Shown here one piece after another: positions 50,608 to 61,268 of a stretch of DNA of 64,000 bases (positions are counted from its first letter, which is position 1; the number at the start of each line of letters is the position of its first letter). The stretch spans positions 96,001 to 160,000 of the forward strand of contig CAVRJG010000039.1 in NCBI GenBank assembly GCA_963721455.1. Direction: 5' to 3'. The notes under the pieces are model-generated. The model was not told where the DNA came from, ran no database searches, and saw only the letters and a program-made list of their open reading frames with translations. The translations under genes and the position numbers were made by a program. This DNA is from an uncultured Methanosarcinaceae archaeon. Its GTDB lineage: Archaea > Halobacteriota > Methanosarcinia > Methanosarcinales > Methanosarcinaceae.

Positions 50608-51399
50608 TTATTTTTTTACTTCGACCAGATCTTTTCGCATTTTTCTTTTCAGTATCTGTTCAGAGATCCAGCCAATAGCATTGTAAACAGGATTTACCGG
50701 TACATCCACATAATATTTTGCTCCGGGACTGAGCCAGCCCTTTTCTTTCCAGTATGCGTAATCAGCAGGGGAGCTCTCGCCAAGTTCGCCAAAACTTGCC
50801 TTCTGGCCATGAAAAATTAATACATCCCGAAGCCCTGGCGGGAGGCGTTCTTTCTGGAGGGCATTGTAAAATACAAATGCAGCTTTCTCAAGTTTCCGGT
50901 CATTCTCCTGCTCTTTCTTCCTGGAAATTTGCATTGGAGGAGTTACGATGCCAACGCGGGAAGATACTTCAAAACCCCATACACCAGCCACTAATTTGAG
51001 GTAATCGAAAACTTTCTCAAGACCCAGCGCGCCTGTGGTAGAGAGGAGAAGGGCTTTTTTATCGAAAAAACGGGGACGGTGAAAGATATAAGAGAACCGG
51101 TCAATGAACGTTTTCATAAGTGCAGAAACATTCATACCATAAACAGGTGTAGCAAAGATCACCCCATCGGCAGCATGCATTTTCTGCTCGATAACAGGGG
51201 CATCGTCTTTACATGGACAATGATCCTCCCCTTTTACAAAACAGACAAAGCAGCCACGACACTGCAATAAATTCGCATCTTTGAGCATCAGGTATTCGAA
51301 TTCAACATTACCCTTAGACTGCATGAACTCTTCTATTTTCTTCGCCGCTCGATAAGTATTACCTTTTCGAGGACTTCCCATGATAACCAGGATTCTCAT
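50608..51399 (-). CDS. Flavodoxin-like NADPH-dependent FMN reductase / iron-sulfur flavoprotein family
   Basis: GSPRKGNT, CRGCFVC...C, ATPVY and KTFIDR motifs. Confidence 0.9.
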   Translation of the reverse strand: MRILVIMGSPRKGNTYRAAKKIEEFMQSKGNVEFEYLMLKDANLLQCRGCFVCFVKGEDHCPCKDDAPVIEQKMHAADGVIFATPVYGMNVSALMKTFIDRFSYIFHRPRFFDKKALLLSTTGALGLEKVFDYLKLVAGVWGFEVSSRVGIVTPPMQISRKKEQENDRKLEKAAFVFYNALQKERLPPGLRDVLIFHGQKASFGELGESSPADYAYWKEKGWLSPGAKYYVDVPVNPVYNAIGWISEQILKRKMRKDLVEVKK

Positions 51400-51916
51400 G
51401 ACCTTGAACACATTCTTTCCATTTTTTCCAAAATAGTAAGAGATATAATAGGAATTCTTGAATTCCTGCGAAAATAGGCCCAAGCTATCGTCATTGATCT
51501 AGCTGCGAACCATTGCACGAGAAATAATAATGTTAACTGGTCTTTTCCCATATATCAAAATTATCCGTAACTACTCAGAACACGCACGAAGATAAGAAAA
51601 AACCTGTCGGGCTCGAGGGAATAACCCGGATTCACAGCAGGAATGAAAACCAGTGGAGAGCCGTCTTCAGGGGACTTGAAATCTGAAAATTCGAGGAAAT
51701 TTTAATTATATAAATTAAGAGTAATTATATATTCATTAAAAAAGGTATTAAAATAAGGTAAAAATAAGGCAGGGCAAAGGGTTCATTTCTTAATTTTTTT
51801 CTTGTTGAAATGTTCCCTCATTTTAGTTTAAGAATTTTCAGGATATTTCCGGGGGCGAGAGGATTTCTTCTTTTATATCTGAAGATGCAGGACCTGAGGA
51901 ACTTGAGTCAATAGCA

Positions 51917-53443
51917 ATGGCAGTACATTCCCTTGTGGGGCTTCCGACCACCATTCGCAGCCTTAAGAGAAAGGGGCTTCGCCTGGAAAATGGGAAAATC
52001 CTTGACAGGGACTATACCGGACCTGTACTCGAAGAGGTGCTCAGGACCGGCAAGACTGTACGTGGAGTTCCAAAGGAAGGCACGTACCTGGGAAGGAACG
52101 TGGCTGTTTCTCCAATCTTCTCGGAGGACGGGAAGGTTATTGCGGCACTCGGAATTGTGGATTTGCTATCTGTCCTTAAGATGCAGGAAATAATCAGGAC
52201 CGTGATAAACAACAGTCCGGCAGTGGTTTTTCTGTGGAGAAATGAAGAAAAATGGCCGTCAGAATTTGTTTCTGAAAACGTGGTCCAGTTGGGGTACACA
52301 GTGGAGGACTTTATTTCTGGGAGGGTTCTGTATGGGGAAATCATCTATCCTGATGACCTGAAGAGAATTGAGGATTCAATCGAACAGCGCATCCGGAAAG
52401 GCGGAGTTGACTTCGATATAGAATACAGAATCTTTACAAAAGCCGGCGACCTGCGCTGGGTTAACGAAAGGGCCTTTATTCAGCGGAGTCCGGAAGGGGA
52501 AGTGACCCACTTACAGGGACTTGTGCTGGACATAACCGGGCAGAAGGAGAACGAAGAGATCCTCAGAAAGTCTTTTGAAACGCAGAAGTTGCTGAGAACC
52601 ATAATAAACAACAGCCAGGCAGTGGCTTTTTTATGGGAAAACAAAGAAAACCTGCCTGCTGAGTACGTTTCAGAAAACGTAACTCAGTTCGGGTATACGG
52701 TAGAAGATTTCACTTCAGGGAAAGTCCCTTACGAGAACATCATTCATAGGGATGATATCGGCTCAGTTGTTGAAACCCTGAAACGTAACATCGCAGAGAA
52801 ACAGGACTCTTTTGACGTAGAATACAGAATTTTCACAGGGGACGGAAAAATGCTCTGGGTGGACGAGAAAACCTTTATCCAGAGGGATATTCAAGGCAAA
52901 GCAACCCATATTCAGGGCATTGTCGTTGATATTACCGAAAGAAAAGAAGCCCAGAAAATGCTTGAAATCCAGCGGGAACTCGGAATGGACCTGAGCACTA
53001 CCTGGAATCTCCAGACAATATTCAACCGGATCCTTGATGCCTGCCTGCAGATAAACGGACTCGATGCCGGAGGTATATATCTCAAGGACGAACTCCTGGA
53101 CCAGATTAATCTGGTTTCATATCGAGGACTTTCTCCCGCGTTTAAAGAAAAGGTTTCCAGATATAAAGCAGATTCCCGGGAGGCAAGACAAATCTGGATC
53201 GAAAAACCCATATACTCACTGGATTTCTACTCCGAAAAAATGGCTGACGCAATAAGGAAAGAAGGAATCAGGGCTGTTGCTATAATCCCTCTGAAATACA
53301 GGGGAGAGATTGTAGGCAGCCTGAACTTTGCCTCCCATACTCTGGATAAGATTCCCTGGAATATCCGCAACTTCCTTGAAAGCATCGCCCTCCAGGCGGC
53401 AAACCATATTGCCCCAATTTGCATCCAGGCGGACCTGTCTTGA
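51917..53443 (+). CDS. DUF2111-PAS-PAS-GAF sensory protein
   Basis: AVHSLVGLPTTIRS...DYTGPVLEEV...GTYLG; two PAS/PAC domains (EYRIFT..G...W); C-terminal GAF; no kinase domain. Confidence 0.85.
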   Translation: MAVHSLVGLPTTIRSLKRKGLRLENGKILDRDYTGPVLEEVLRTGKTVRGVPKEGTYLGRNVAVSPIFSEDGKVIAALGIVDLLSVLKMQEIIRTVINNSPAVVFLWRNEEKWPSEFVSENVVQLGYTVEDFISGRVLYGEIIYPDDLKRIEDSIEQRIRKGGVDFDIEYRIFTKAGDLRWVNERAFIQRSPEGEVTHLQGLVLDITGQKENEEILRKSFETQKLLRTIINNSQAVAFLWENKENLPAEYVSENVTQFGYTVEDFTSGKVPYENIIHRDDIGSVVETLKRNIAEKQDSFDVEYRIFTGDGKMLWVDEKTFIQRDIQGKATHIQGIVVDITERKEAQKMLEIQRELGMDLSTTWNLQTIFNRILDACLQINGLDAGGIYLKDELLDQINLVSYRGLSPAFKEKVSRYKADSREARQIWIEKPIYSLDFYSEKMADAIRKEGIRAVAIIPLKYRGEIVGSLNFASHTLDKIPWNIRNFLESIALQAANHIAPICIQADLS

Positions 53444-53589
53444 ACTGTTTTCGAACTGAAAGCAGCCTCACAAAACCAGACCTGGGACGTGAGGCTTCAA
53501 GTAAACGAACCCCTGGATTTTCCTTCAGTTTACAGCTATCTTCAGAAAAACAGCACTAGCTCCGAGCCAGATATCACTGAAGTTTTTAC

Positions 53590-53886
53590 TCCGGGCTCAA
53601 ATGCAGAGGAGATTTTTTTAGAAACGAGAGTAAACTGGAATAAATAAAGTACTTCATACCCACCGCAGAGGTTGAAACTTTCGACAATGGCAATGAATAC
53701 AAGCTTGAACTCAGAGCTTCAGGAGACGTAAAACTGGAAATAATTATGCCTGGAGGGAGCAGCGGCGAAAAGATACCTGAAGAGGAATATCGGGCAGTCT
53801 TTAGAGAAATGTTTGAGAATATGGGGCTTCCCCGGGAAGCTGTAGATAGATTTGAATTCTCGTATAGCACTTCCCTAGCTTGGTAA
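53590..53886 (+). pseudogene. C-terminal remnant of a hypothetical protein
   Basis: Start-less frame IKYFIPT...EKIPEEEYRAVFREMFENMGLPREAVDRFEFSYSTSLAW* preceded by an in-frame TAA. Confidence 0.5.
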
Positions 53887-54435
53887 AAAGGCATACTCAA
53901 AGGTTTTAGTTATCTTTTCGTGAAGTTATCTTTCACAAATCGCTGGGAAACCAGAAGCAATAAAACTGGATTCACAACAGGAACGAAAAGCTGAGAAAAG
54001 CAGCAAAAGATGAGGAAAACAGTAAAAGATGAGAAAACAGTAGCTATGGGCTTGAGCATTGAGTAAAAAAGTGGGTCAGGTGGTTCACAAGGTTTGGCCT
54101 GTGCCAATGAAGTATATTACGGGATCAGTTTTCAAGCTGTCCTGAATTTGCTTCATTTTACAGATTACTCCCTCATGAACCAATTGATATTATGTAAGTT
54201 ATAATATAAAATACAAACGATAGAACTGCGGTTTATTTAATCAGTCCCCATAAAAAACAATAGAATGCCTTTGTCTACCTACAGTGAGAGCTTTTATTAC
54301 TCTGATATTCAATAAGTCATCCCATCGGAAGCAGCTTTATTAATCGGCTCCGGGGTGCAGGCCAGGTACTTCAAAATCTTTTTAATCAAATTAAAAGTCT
54401 TACATGCCAATCAAAAATGTCATCTTTTATTTTCT

Positions 54436-55689
54436 CTACCTGGATCCTGCTTTAATACTCTTCAGGATTTCCGTTAATCCGGGTCTTTTCCCGTACATCA
54501 GCAGGTAAGCCCTGAAAAGCCGGCTGGAAAGCAAGATCACTCCATGAACCGAAACAAACAGAATGAAGATGCTGGCAAGAACCTGGTATGCAGGCACTGC
54601 TGTTGCCCCCATCCTGGCAAGCATGGCTACGGGAGAAGTGAGAGGGAAGAGGGAAAGAAAAACTGAAAGCGAGCTGTCGGGGTTTGTCAGGATCAGTTGC
54701 ATGAATATAAGGGGAGATACGGCTGCAAACGTGAAAATTCCTGCAACCTGCTGGCTTTCCTGAAGGGAGCTGGTCACTGCCCCTATTCCTGCCATCATGC
54801 TGGCAAAGAAGAGGAAGCCAAGCAGGAAATAAATAAGAGCAAGGAAAAGGAGCATGGGCTCAATTTTAATGGGAAGGGCGTACCCGCTCCCGACAGTTAT
54901 TACCGCGAGCCAGAAAACAATCTGCAGAAGGCCGACTGCGCCAAGTCCCAGGATCTTGCCTGTAAGAAGTTCGGAAGGGGTTACGGAAGAAAGTAAAACC
55001 TCTATTATCCTGTTCTCTTTCTCTTCGGCAACACCGCGAAGGAGATAACCCGAAGCCGAGAAAATACTGAAGAAAAGAAGAAAAGCTGTGAGAATGGGAA
55101 GGCCAAGGTTGGCAAGGATTTCGGCAATGCCCTGCTCAGAGAGTTCTCCGCTCTCTCCTATATTATAAAGTTTTATATTAACCGGATCTTTGACCCTGTT
55201 GAGAACCGACTCATCCACTCTGTCTTTAAGGAGGGAAGTGATGACAATATCCGAGAGTTCGGCAGACAGTTCAATTCTTGGAACAGGTGACCCTTTTTCA
55301 AAGGTATAGAGTTCTATTGTTCCGGCTTCAAGAAAGTCTTCAGGAATTACGAGATAAGAAGAAATCTGTCCCGCCTGTAAGGCCTGCCTTGCGTCAGAGG
55401 CCCCCCCGTACATTATAAAAGATATGATTGAAGTTTCTGCCGCAAAAGATCCTGCAGAAAGGCCTTCACTTCTGATAGACTCTGGAAATCCGAAGGAGCC
55501 AGTCATATCAACATAGCCTATATTCTGGTCTTCGGCAGGGATCATGCCTGCAAGTATTGTCGGAAAAATAGTAATCGCCGTAAGGAAAAGAGGGAAAATG
55601 AAGGTCATAAGAAGGAATTCTTTACGCTTTATGGTTTTCAGGAACTCGTGCCTGGCAATAATAAAGATTTTTCCGGAAAAACTACTCAT
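54436..55689 (-). CDS. ABC-2 type permease (NatB-like)
   Basis: IARHEF, VAEEKENRIIEVLLSS, LLTGKILG and PLTSPVAM motifs. Confidence 0.92.
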   Translation of the reverse strand: MSSFSGKIFIIARHEFLKTIKRKEFLLMTFIFPLFLTAITIFPTILAGMIPAEDQNIGYVDMTGSFGFPESIRSEGLSAGSFAAETSIISFIMYGGASDARQALQAGQISSYLVIPEDFLEAGTIELYTFEKGSPVPRIELSAELSDIVITSLLKDRVDESVLNRVKDPVNIKLYNIGESGELSEQGIAEILANLGLPILTAFLLFFSIFSASGYLLRGVAEEKENRIIEVLLSSVTPSELLTGKILGLGAVGLLQIVFWLAVITVGSGYALPIKIEPMLLFLALIYFLLGFLFFASMMAGIGAVTSSLQESQQVAGIFTFAAVSPLIFMQLILTNPDSSLSVFLSLFPLTSPVAMLARMGATAVPAYQVLASIFILFVSVHGVILLSSRLFRAYLLMYGKRPGLTEILKSIKAGSR

Positions 55690-56608
55690 TTGCGGCACTC
55701 TCCACAGTTTCAATAAAAATTTCGTTCAGAGAGGGAAGTGCCTGCTCAAAACGCAGAATATTTGCCCTCCGGACAAGCTCCTCAAGAAGAATCTGTGTGC
55801 TTACGCCTTCCTCAGGAAAGATTTCAACGGATTTTTCATATTCTGTTATTTTTCTTATGCCGGAAATCTCCCGAATTGCATTCAAACCCTCTTTTTCTAC
55901 GAATTCCACAATAAGAGAGTTTTTCCCATGCTCTCTCCGGATCTCATCCACAGTGCCGTAAAGTACTCTCCTGCCTTTATTCAGCATAAGAATCCTGTCG
56001 CAGAGTGTCTGGGCCTGTTCCATCATGTGCGTGGAGAGGACTACTGTCTTTCCTGAGTTTCTGAGTTCCAGAATTCTGGCCTTAACTGTTTTTGTACTTA
56101 GAGGGTCAAGGCCAGAAAAGGGTTCGTCAAGAATCACAAGTTCAGGGTCATGGATAATAGCAGAAAGGAACTGAATCTGCTGCTGCATTCCTTTGGAGAG
56201 TTCTTCCACTTTTTTACTTCTATGTTCATATAACTCCACAGATTTAAGAAGGGATTCGGCGTTTAATTGAGCCTGTTTTTCAGGCATTCCTTTAAGCTGT
56301 GCCAGATAGACCAGCATATCCAGAAGCTTTATTTTCCTGTATAATCCCCTTTCCTCAGGGAGATATCCTATCCGGTCTTTTGCAGGCGAGCTAAGAAGAG
56401 CTCCAAAAACGCGTATTTCCCCGACATCCGGCCTGATAATATCAAGAAGAAGCCTGATAAGCGTGGTCTTTCCTGCCCCGTTTGGCCCGAGGAGCCCGAA
56501 GATCTCACCCTGCCTCACTGAAAACGAAATATCTCCGATAATATCCTTTTCTGCGAAAGACTTCGATACGCTTTCAAATTCCACAGTATGCATCCAGATT
56601 AAATACAT
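55682..56608 (-). CDS. ABC transporter ATP-binding protein (NatA-like)
   Basis: GPNGAGKTT, GYLPEERGLY, LSKGMQQ and LDEPFSGLDP motifs. Confidence 0.95.
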   Translation of the reverse strand: MYLIWMHTVEFESVSKSFAEKDIIGDISFSVRQGEIFGLLGPNGAGKTTLIRLLLDIIRPDVGEIRVFGALLSSPAKDRIGYLPEERGLYRKIKLLDMLVYLAQLKGMPEKQAQLNAESLLKSVELYEHRSKKVEELSKGMQQQIQFLSAIIHDPELVILDEPFSGLDPLSTKTVKARILELRNSGKTVVLSTHMMEQAQTLCDRILMLNKGRRVLYGTVDEIRREHGKNSLIVEFVEKEGLNAIREISGIRKITEYEKSVEIFPEEGVSTQILLEELVRRANILRFEQALPSLNEIFIETVESAANE

Positions 56609-56745
56609 TCCAATATAGAATAAGTTTATTCGATATTTGATTGAAGCAAAAATTCATTTAATATTTTATTGAAAATGAGAAACTATTCAGCATTAAATGA
56701 GTTAATGAAAACTCATAGGGGAAATAAGGAAATTCAGGGGATAAT

Positions 56746-57417
56746 ATGCTACCAAAATTGATTATTCACAACAGTATAAGTCTAGACGGCTCGACTACAG
56801 GCTTCGAAGCAAATCTTGAAATTCACTACAAAATCCTTAGCAGCTATCTGCCCGATGCCATGATAGTCGGTTCGAACACCGCAAAAACCGGAACCCAGTT
56901 CTTCTGCGAAAAAATCCCGCCTGAAGAGGAATCGGATTTCCGGAAGCCTGAAATCCAATCCGATGACCCCAGGGCATACTGGCTGATTGCTGACTCAAGG
57001 GGAATTCTTGAAGGGTTGATGCATGTATTCAGGCGTTCCGAATACAGCAAGGATGTAATTGTCCTGGTCTCGGAAAAGACCCCGGAACCTTACATCAATT
57101 ACCTCAAAGAAAGAAATTATGAATTCATCCGGACCGGAGCAGACCGTGTAAACATCAGGCATGCACTGGAAATTGCAAACGAAAAGTACGGTTTCGAACT
57201 TGTAGTTTCGGACAGCGGGGGAGTGCTGAATAGCATTTTACTCGAACAGGGGCTTATTGAAGAGATCAGCCTGATCCTTACCCCTGAGATTGCAGGGAAA
57301 AATGGGACAAATCTTTTCAGAAACTTAGAAAAAAGCGGGATTCGGCTTGAACTTTTAAGAGACGAAATTGTGGAAAAGAAATATGTGCATCTGGTATACC
57401 GGGTTTTGAAAAAGTAA
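56746..57417 (+). CDS. RibD C-terminal/dihydrofolate reductase family protein
   Basis: HNSISLDG, VGSNT, DSRG and DSGGVLN motifs. Confidence 0.85.
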   Translation: MLPKLIIHNSISLDGSTTGFEANLEIHYKILSSYLPDAMIVGSNTAKTGTQFFCEKIPPEEESDFRKPEIQSDDPRAYWLIADSRGILEGLMHVFRRSEYSKDVIVLVSEKTPEPYINYLKERNYEFIRTGADRVNIRHALEIANEKYGFELVVSDSGGVLNSILLEQGLIEEISLILTPEIAGKNGTNLFRNLEKSGIRLELLRDEIVEKKYVHLVYRVLKK

Positions 57418-58307
57418 AAAGAGAGCCAGAAATTAGAAATAAAGCTGTGTGACAGCATTCCGGGCGGAGCTTCTTGTTGCCTGAGTAGTTGTAGTAATCT
57501 ATGCGCTCAAGTGTCGAAAGTTGTTCTTCTTTTTAGACTGGCATATTGAAAGTAGCTGAGTTTTACTGCTGAACAGGCCCAGGGATTTACCAGAGATTTA
57601 TGGTAACTATTCAGCCCGGGAAAAACAACCTCAATAGCAATATTTCATAAGATCCGATAGGCAAATTTCGCTGAATTAGTTTCCGTTAATTATTGGCTAT
57701 TGGCTGCGTTTTTTATTTTTTCATTGGTCAGTAATCACACTTATCTGTGATGTCAAAATCAATATCAATCAACTGATTTTTGGTAGGCCGAATAGTTACG
57801 ATTTATGATTTATTTGGTTAAAGGTTAATTTTAGAATGGAGTCCTGAACTGGAACTAAATTATATCGAAAGCTAAGGTTATGTTTATATAAGATCATTAT
57901 AGTCCAATAGAATATATATTTACAGTAACGCAGTTAAAATACAAATTTTTCCTCTTGAAAAAGGAAAAACTTATTTATTTAATTTCTGAAACCCGTGACT
58001 GTTTTCTATTTTTAGATGATAGGCATAATGAATAATTATTATAAATTTGTACAAAAAAGTTTATAATGTAAACATATATAATGTTAGAAAGTATTAGGCA
58101 AAAAGTTTCCGGGAAAAAAGAATCCTCGAAATAGAAGTTTACGGTGGAATGTAAATACGAACTACAGAATTATTCCAATTATTACTTATAGAAAGGACAG
58201 TTTCAAAAATCTCGCTTTAAGCGGGATAGGAGCCGGAGAGCCTGTGATCTCTGCTCCGACTGAAACACAATTTTCAGATTTTGATTTAACCGCCAGACCC
58301 CGGCTTA

Positions 58308-58418
58308 AGGAGTGAATGTTTTTGCTCGAAGCCTTCGTTTACAGCGCAAACCTTTTGAAAAAAGGTTTGATCGAAAATAGGAGTGAATGAATTTGCTCGA
58401 AGCCTTCGTTTACGGCGC
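58308..58418 (+). repeat. Direct duplication of the hyfB RBS/start around a palindromic insert
   Basis: AGGAGTGAATG..TTTGCTCGAAGCCTTCGTTTAC(A/G)GCGC twice, separated by AAACCTTTTGAAAAAAGGTTTGATCGAAAAT. Confidence 0.85.
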
Positions 58419-60330
58419 TGTTATAGCCCTTATATCCGGAACTGCCCTGCCTTTCCTGTATCGCAATAAAAACGCAAGAAAGGCTTCCTTCGGCCTCTCT
58501 TTGATTTCTTCAATCCTGCTCCTGGTATTTGCAGGCACACTCCTCTACACAGGAAACGAGCCTGCTTTTCCAGCCTTCCGATTTCTTCCCGGACTGGACT
58601 TCACCCTGGCCGCAGACCGTCTCTCGGCAGTCTTTATTCTGCTGATCGGGGCAGTTGTGCCAGGCGTTTCAATATATTCCATTGAATATGTGGAACATGC
58701 TAAAAGTGAAGCCAGAAAAGACCTGCAGACAGCCCTTACAAATCTCTTTGTCCTTGCCATGCTGATGGTCGTACTTGCAGGAAATATGGTAGGCTTCCTG
58801 GTTTTCTGGGAAATAATGTCTCTGTCTTCCCTATTGCTCGTGCTCCATGATTATTCCTCGGAAGAGAACAAAAAAGCAGGTTTCTTTTATTTTGTAATGA
58901 CAAGTCTGAGTACAGCCTTTCTTTTCCTGGGTTTTATAAGTCTGTTCAGGCTGACCGGCTCTGCCGAATTCGGACAACTTGACTACCCGGCAAACGTCCT
59001 GACTTTGCCTTTCCTCTGCCTTTTTATAGGTTTCGGAATCAAAGCGGGAATTGTCCCCTTCCACAAATGGCTGCCCTACGCTCATCCTGCAGCCCCTTCA
59101 AGCATTTCGGCTCTGATGTCAGGAGTCATGCTGAAGGTTGCAATCTACGGCTTCCTGCGTTTTTTACTCTCTGTTTCCACCCCCGAACTCTGGTGGGGGA
59201 TGCTCGTTCTTATAGGAGGCAGTCTCTCGGCCGTGTTAGGGGTAATTTACGCACTCAAGGAAAGCGATATAAAAAGGCTGCTTGCCTACAGTAGCATTGA
59301 AAATATCGGTATCATTTTAATAGGGATTGGCCTGTATTTAATATTCAAAGTCGAGGGACTGGAAGCCCTTTCTATGTTGAGCCTTGTAGGGGCCTGTTTC
59401 CACGCTTTTAACCACGCCCTTTTCAAAAGCCTGCTCTTTCTCTGTTCAGGCTCGGTGGTCCATGCTACTGGCACACGGAACATCGAAGCCTTCGGAGGCC
59501 TTGTAAAACGTATGCCTCATACCGCCGCTCTCTTCCTGATAGGCTCGGTTTCGATTGCAGCCCTGCCTCCGACAAACGGCTTTGTAAGTGAGCTGATTCT
59601 TTTTCAGGCTTATTTCTATTCTTCAGCTCTTCCCGACCCTCTTCTAAAGGTGCTACTTATTATTACCCTCTCGGTCTTTGCCCTCACCAGTGCGCTTGCA
59701 GCAGCCCTCTTTGTAAAGCTTTTTGGAATTACCTTCCTTGCCCTTCCGCGGACGAAGTGCGCAAAGGAAGCCACCGAAGTCTCAAAACTCATGCTACTCG
59801 GAGCAGCTGTACCTGCGGCTCTCTGCATCCTTTCAGGGCTGTTTTCATCCAGGATTCTGGCCCTGTTCGGCTTTGACCTTGGGATTCCGGACATGTTGCC
59901 TCTCGGGCTGATTCTCGTTGGAACCTGCGGGCTGGTGTGGCTTGCAGTTAGTAATTCCGGCACTTCAAAAAGCCCAAGGATAAGTAAAGAAACCTGGGGT
60001 TGCGGAATCCTGGCCCAGCACCCCACAATGGAATACACCTCGGCAGGCTTTTCGGAGCCTCTTGTGGTCATCTTCAAAAAGATCTACAGGACTGAGATCT
60101 CCAGTACCAGGGTATATGCGGATACAAAGGAAAGCATCTTTAAGAGCGGGACTGCCAGGATCCACCTAATTAAGTTCTTTGAAGAGCATCTTTATCTCCC
60201 TGCGGCCTGTGCAGTCAGCTGGGTCTCTTCCCAGGTCTCCAAAATGCAGAATGGGAAGCTGGACACCTATGTACTCTATGTTTTCATTGCGGTACTCACA
60301 CTGATGACATTTACGAGGTATTTCGCATGA
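58387..60330 (+). CDS. hyfB: Hyf/Ehr membrane subunit B (antiporter-like)
   Basis: FWEIMS, GIKAGIVPFHKWLPYAHPAAPS, KRLLAYSSIEN, NHALFK and TWGCG motifs. Confidence 0.9.
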   Translation: MNLLEAFVYGAVIALISGTALPFLYRNKNARKASFGLSLISSILLLVFAGTLLYTGNEPAFPAFRFLPGLDFTLAADRLSAVFILLIGAVVPGVSIYSIEYVEHAKSEARKDLQTALTNLFVLAMLMVVLAGNMVGFLVFWEIMSLSSLLLVLHDYSSEENKKAGFFYFVMTSLSTAFLFLGFISLFRLTGSAEFGQLDYPANVLTLPFLCLFIGFGIKAGIVPFHKWLPYAHPAAPSSISALMSGVMLKVAIYGFLRFLLSVSTPELWWGMLVLIGGSLSAVLGVIYALKESDIKRLLAYSSIENIGIILIGIGLYLIFKVEGLEALSMLSLVGACFHAFNHALFKSLLFLCSGSVVHATGTRNIEAFGGLVKRMPHTAALFLIGSVSIAALPPTNGFVSELILFQAYFYSSALPDPLLKVLLIITLSVFALTSALAAALFVKLFGITFLALPRTKCAKEATEVSKLMLLGAAVPAALCILSGLFSSRILALFGFDLGIPDMLPLGLILVGTCGLVWLAVSNSGTSKSPRISKETWGCGILAQHPTMEYTSAGFSEPLVVIFKKIYRTEISSTRVYADTKESIFKSGTARIHLIKFFEEHLYLPAACAVSWVSSQVSKMQNGKLDTYVLYVFIAVLTLMTFTRYFA

Positions 60331-61268
60331 ATGCTTCATTTCTCTTATTTGCCCTTCTAAATACGGGCTTCGTCCTGCTGATCTCACCGTTCTTTATGAG
60401 CCTGATCAAAAAGGTCAAGGCATATTCACAGGGAAGAAAAGGCCCACGGTTCCTGCAGAGCTATTTTGATTTGCGCAAGCTCATGCAAAAGGAGGTTGTG
60501 TACTCCCCTAATTCCTCCTGGATTATGAGAATCACTCCCTACCTCAACCTGGCAGTCATTCTCCTGGCCACACTCTTTGTCCCGATCGTCTTTATCCCGG
60601 AAGCATCCGGAGGAGTCGGAAACGTAATAGTTTTCCTTTACCTGCTTGCAATAGAGCGTTTTTTTACGGCACTGTGCGGACTTGATGCGGGAAGCACTTT
60701 CGGGGGCATGGGCAGTTCCCGCTTAATGAGCCTCTCGGCTGTGATTGAACCTACAATGATCATAGCCTTTGCTGCGCTTGCATATGTATTAAAAACCGTA
60801 AATTTTCACGAAATGTTTGCAATAACTGCCGGGTCCACAATCCCGGAAAGCCCGACTCTGACCCTTATTTCCATTTCCCTCTTTATTATCATCATAGTGG
60901 AAACCGGAAGGATCCCTGTGGATAACCCGGCAACACATCTTGAGCTTACTATGATCAACGAAGCCATGATCCTGGAACAGTCCGGGAAAAACCTGGCTTT
61001 AATAGAGCTTACCCATGCGATTAAACAGACAATCCTGATGGCAGTCCTGATAAACATTCTGGCTCCCTGGGGACTTGCAACCGAGTTTACCTTCACGGGG
61101 CTTGTGGTCTCATGCCTCTACTTCCTTGTAAAAGCCAGTCTGCTTGCAGGATTAATAGGACTGTTTGAGTCCTCCATTGCAAAAATGCGGCTTTTCAGGC
61201 TGCCCGGATTCTATATGATGGCCTTTTTCTTTTCCGCACTTACCATCCTTATGGAGGTGTTTACATGA
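60327..61268 (+). CDS. hyfC: Hyf/Ehr subunit C (NuoH-like)
   Basis: QGRKGP, GSTFGGMGSSR and ETGRIPVDNPATHLELTM motifs. Confidence 0.92.
   Translation: MNASFLLFALLNTGFVLLISPFFMSLIKKVKAYSQGRKGPRFLQSYFDLRKLMQKEVVYSPNSSWIMRITPYLNLAVILLATLFVPIVFIPEASGGVGNVIVFLYLLAIERFFTALCGLDAGSTFGGMGSSRLMSLSAVIEPTMIIAFAALAYVLKTVNFHEMFAITAGSTIPESPTLTLISISLFIIIIVETGRIPVDNPATHLELTMINEAMILEQSGKNLALIELTHAIKQTILMAVLINILAPWGLATEFTFTGLVVSCLYFLVKASLLAGLIGLFESSIAKMRLFRLPGFYMMAFFFSALTILMEVFT

Noticed and set aside
57830-58310. Fluoride (crcB) riboswitch upstream of the hyf-like operon
   Set aside because: Only fragments (AATGGAGTCC; AACCGCC..GGCT) occur, far apart, with no complementary 3' pseudoknot strand.
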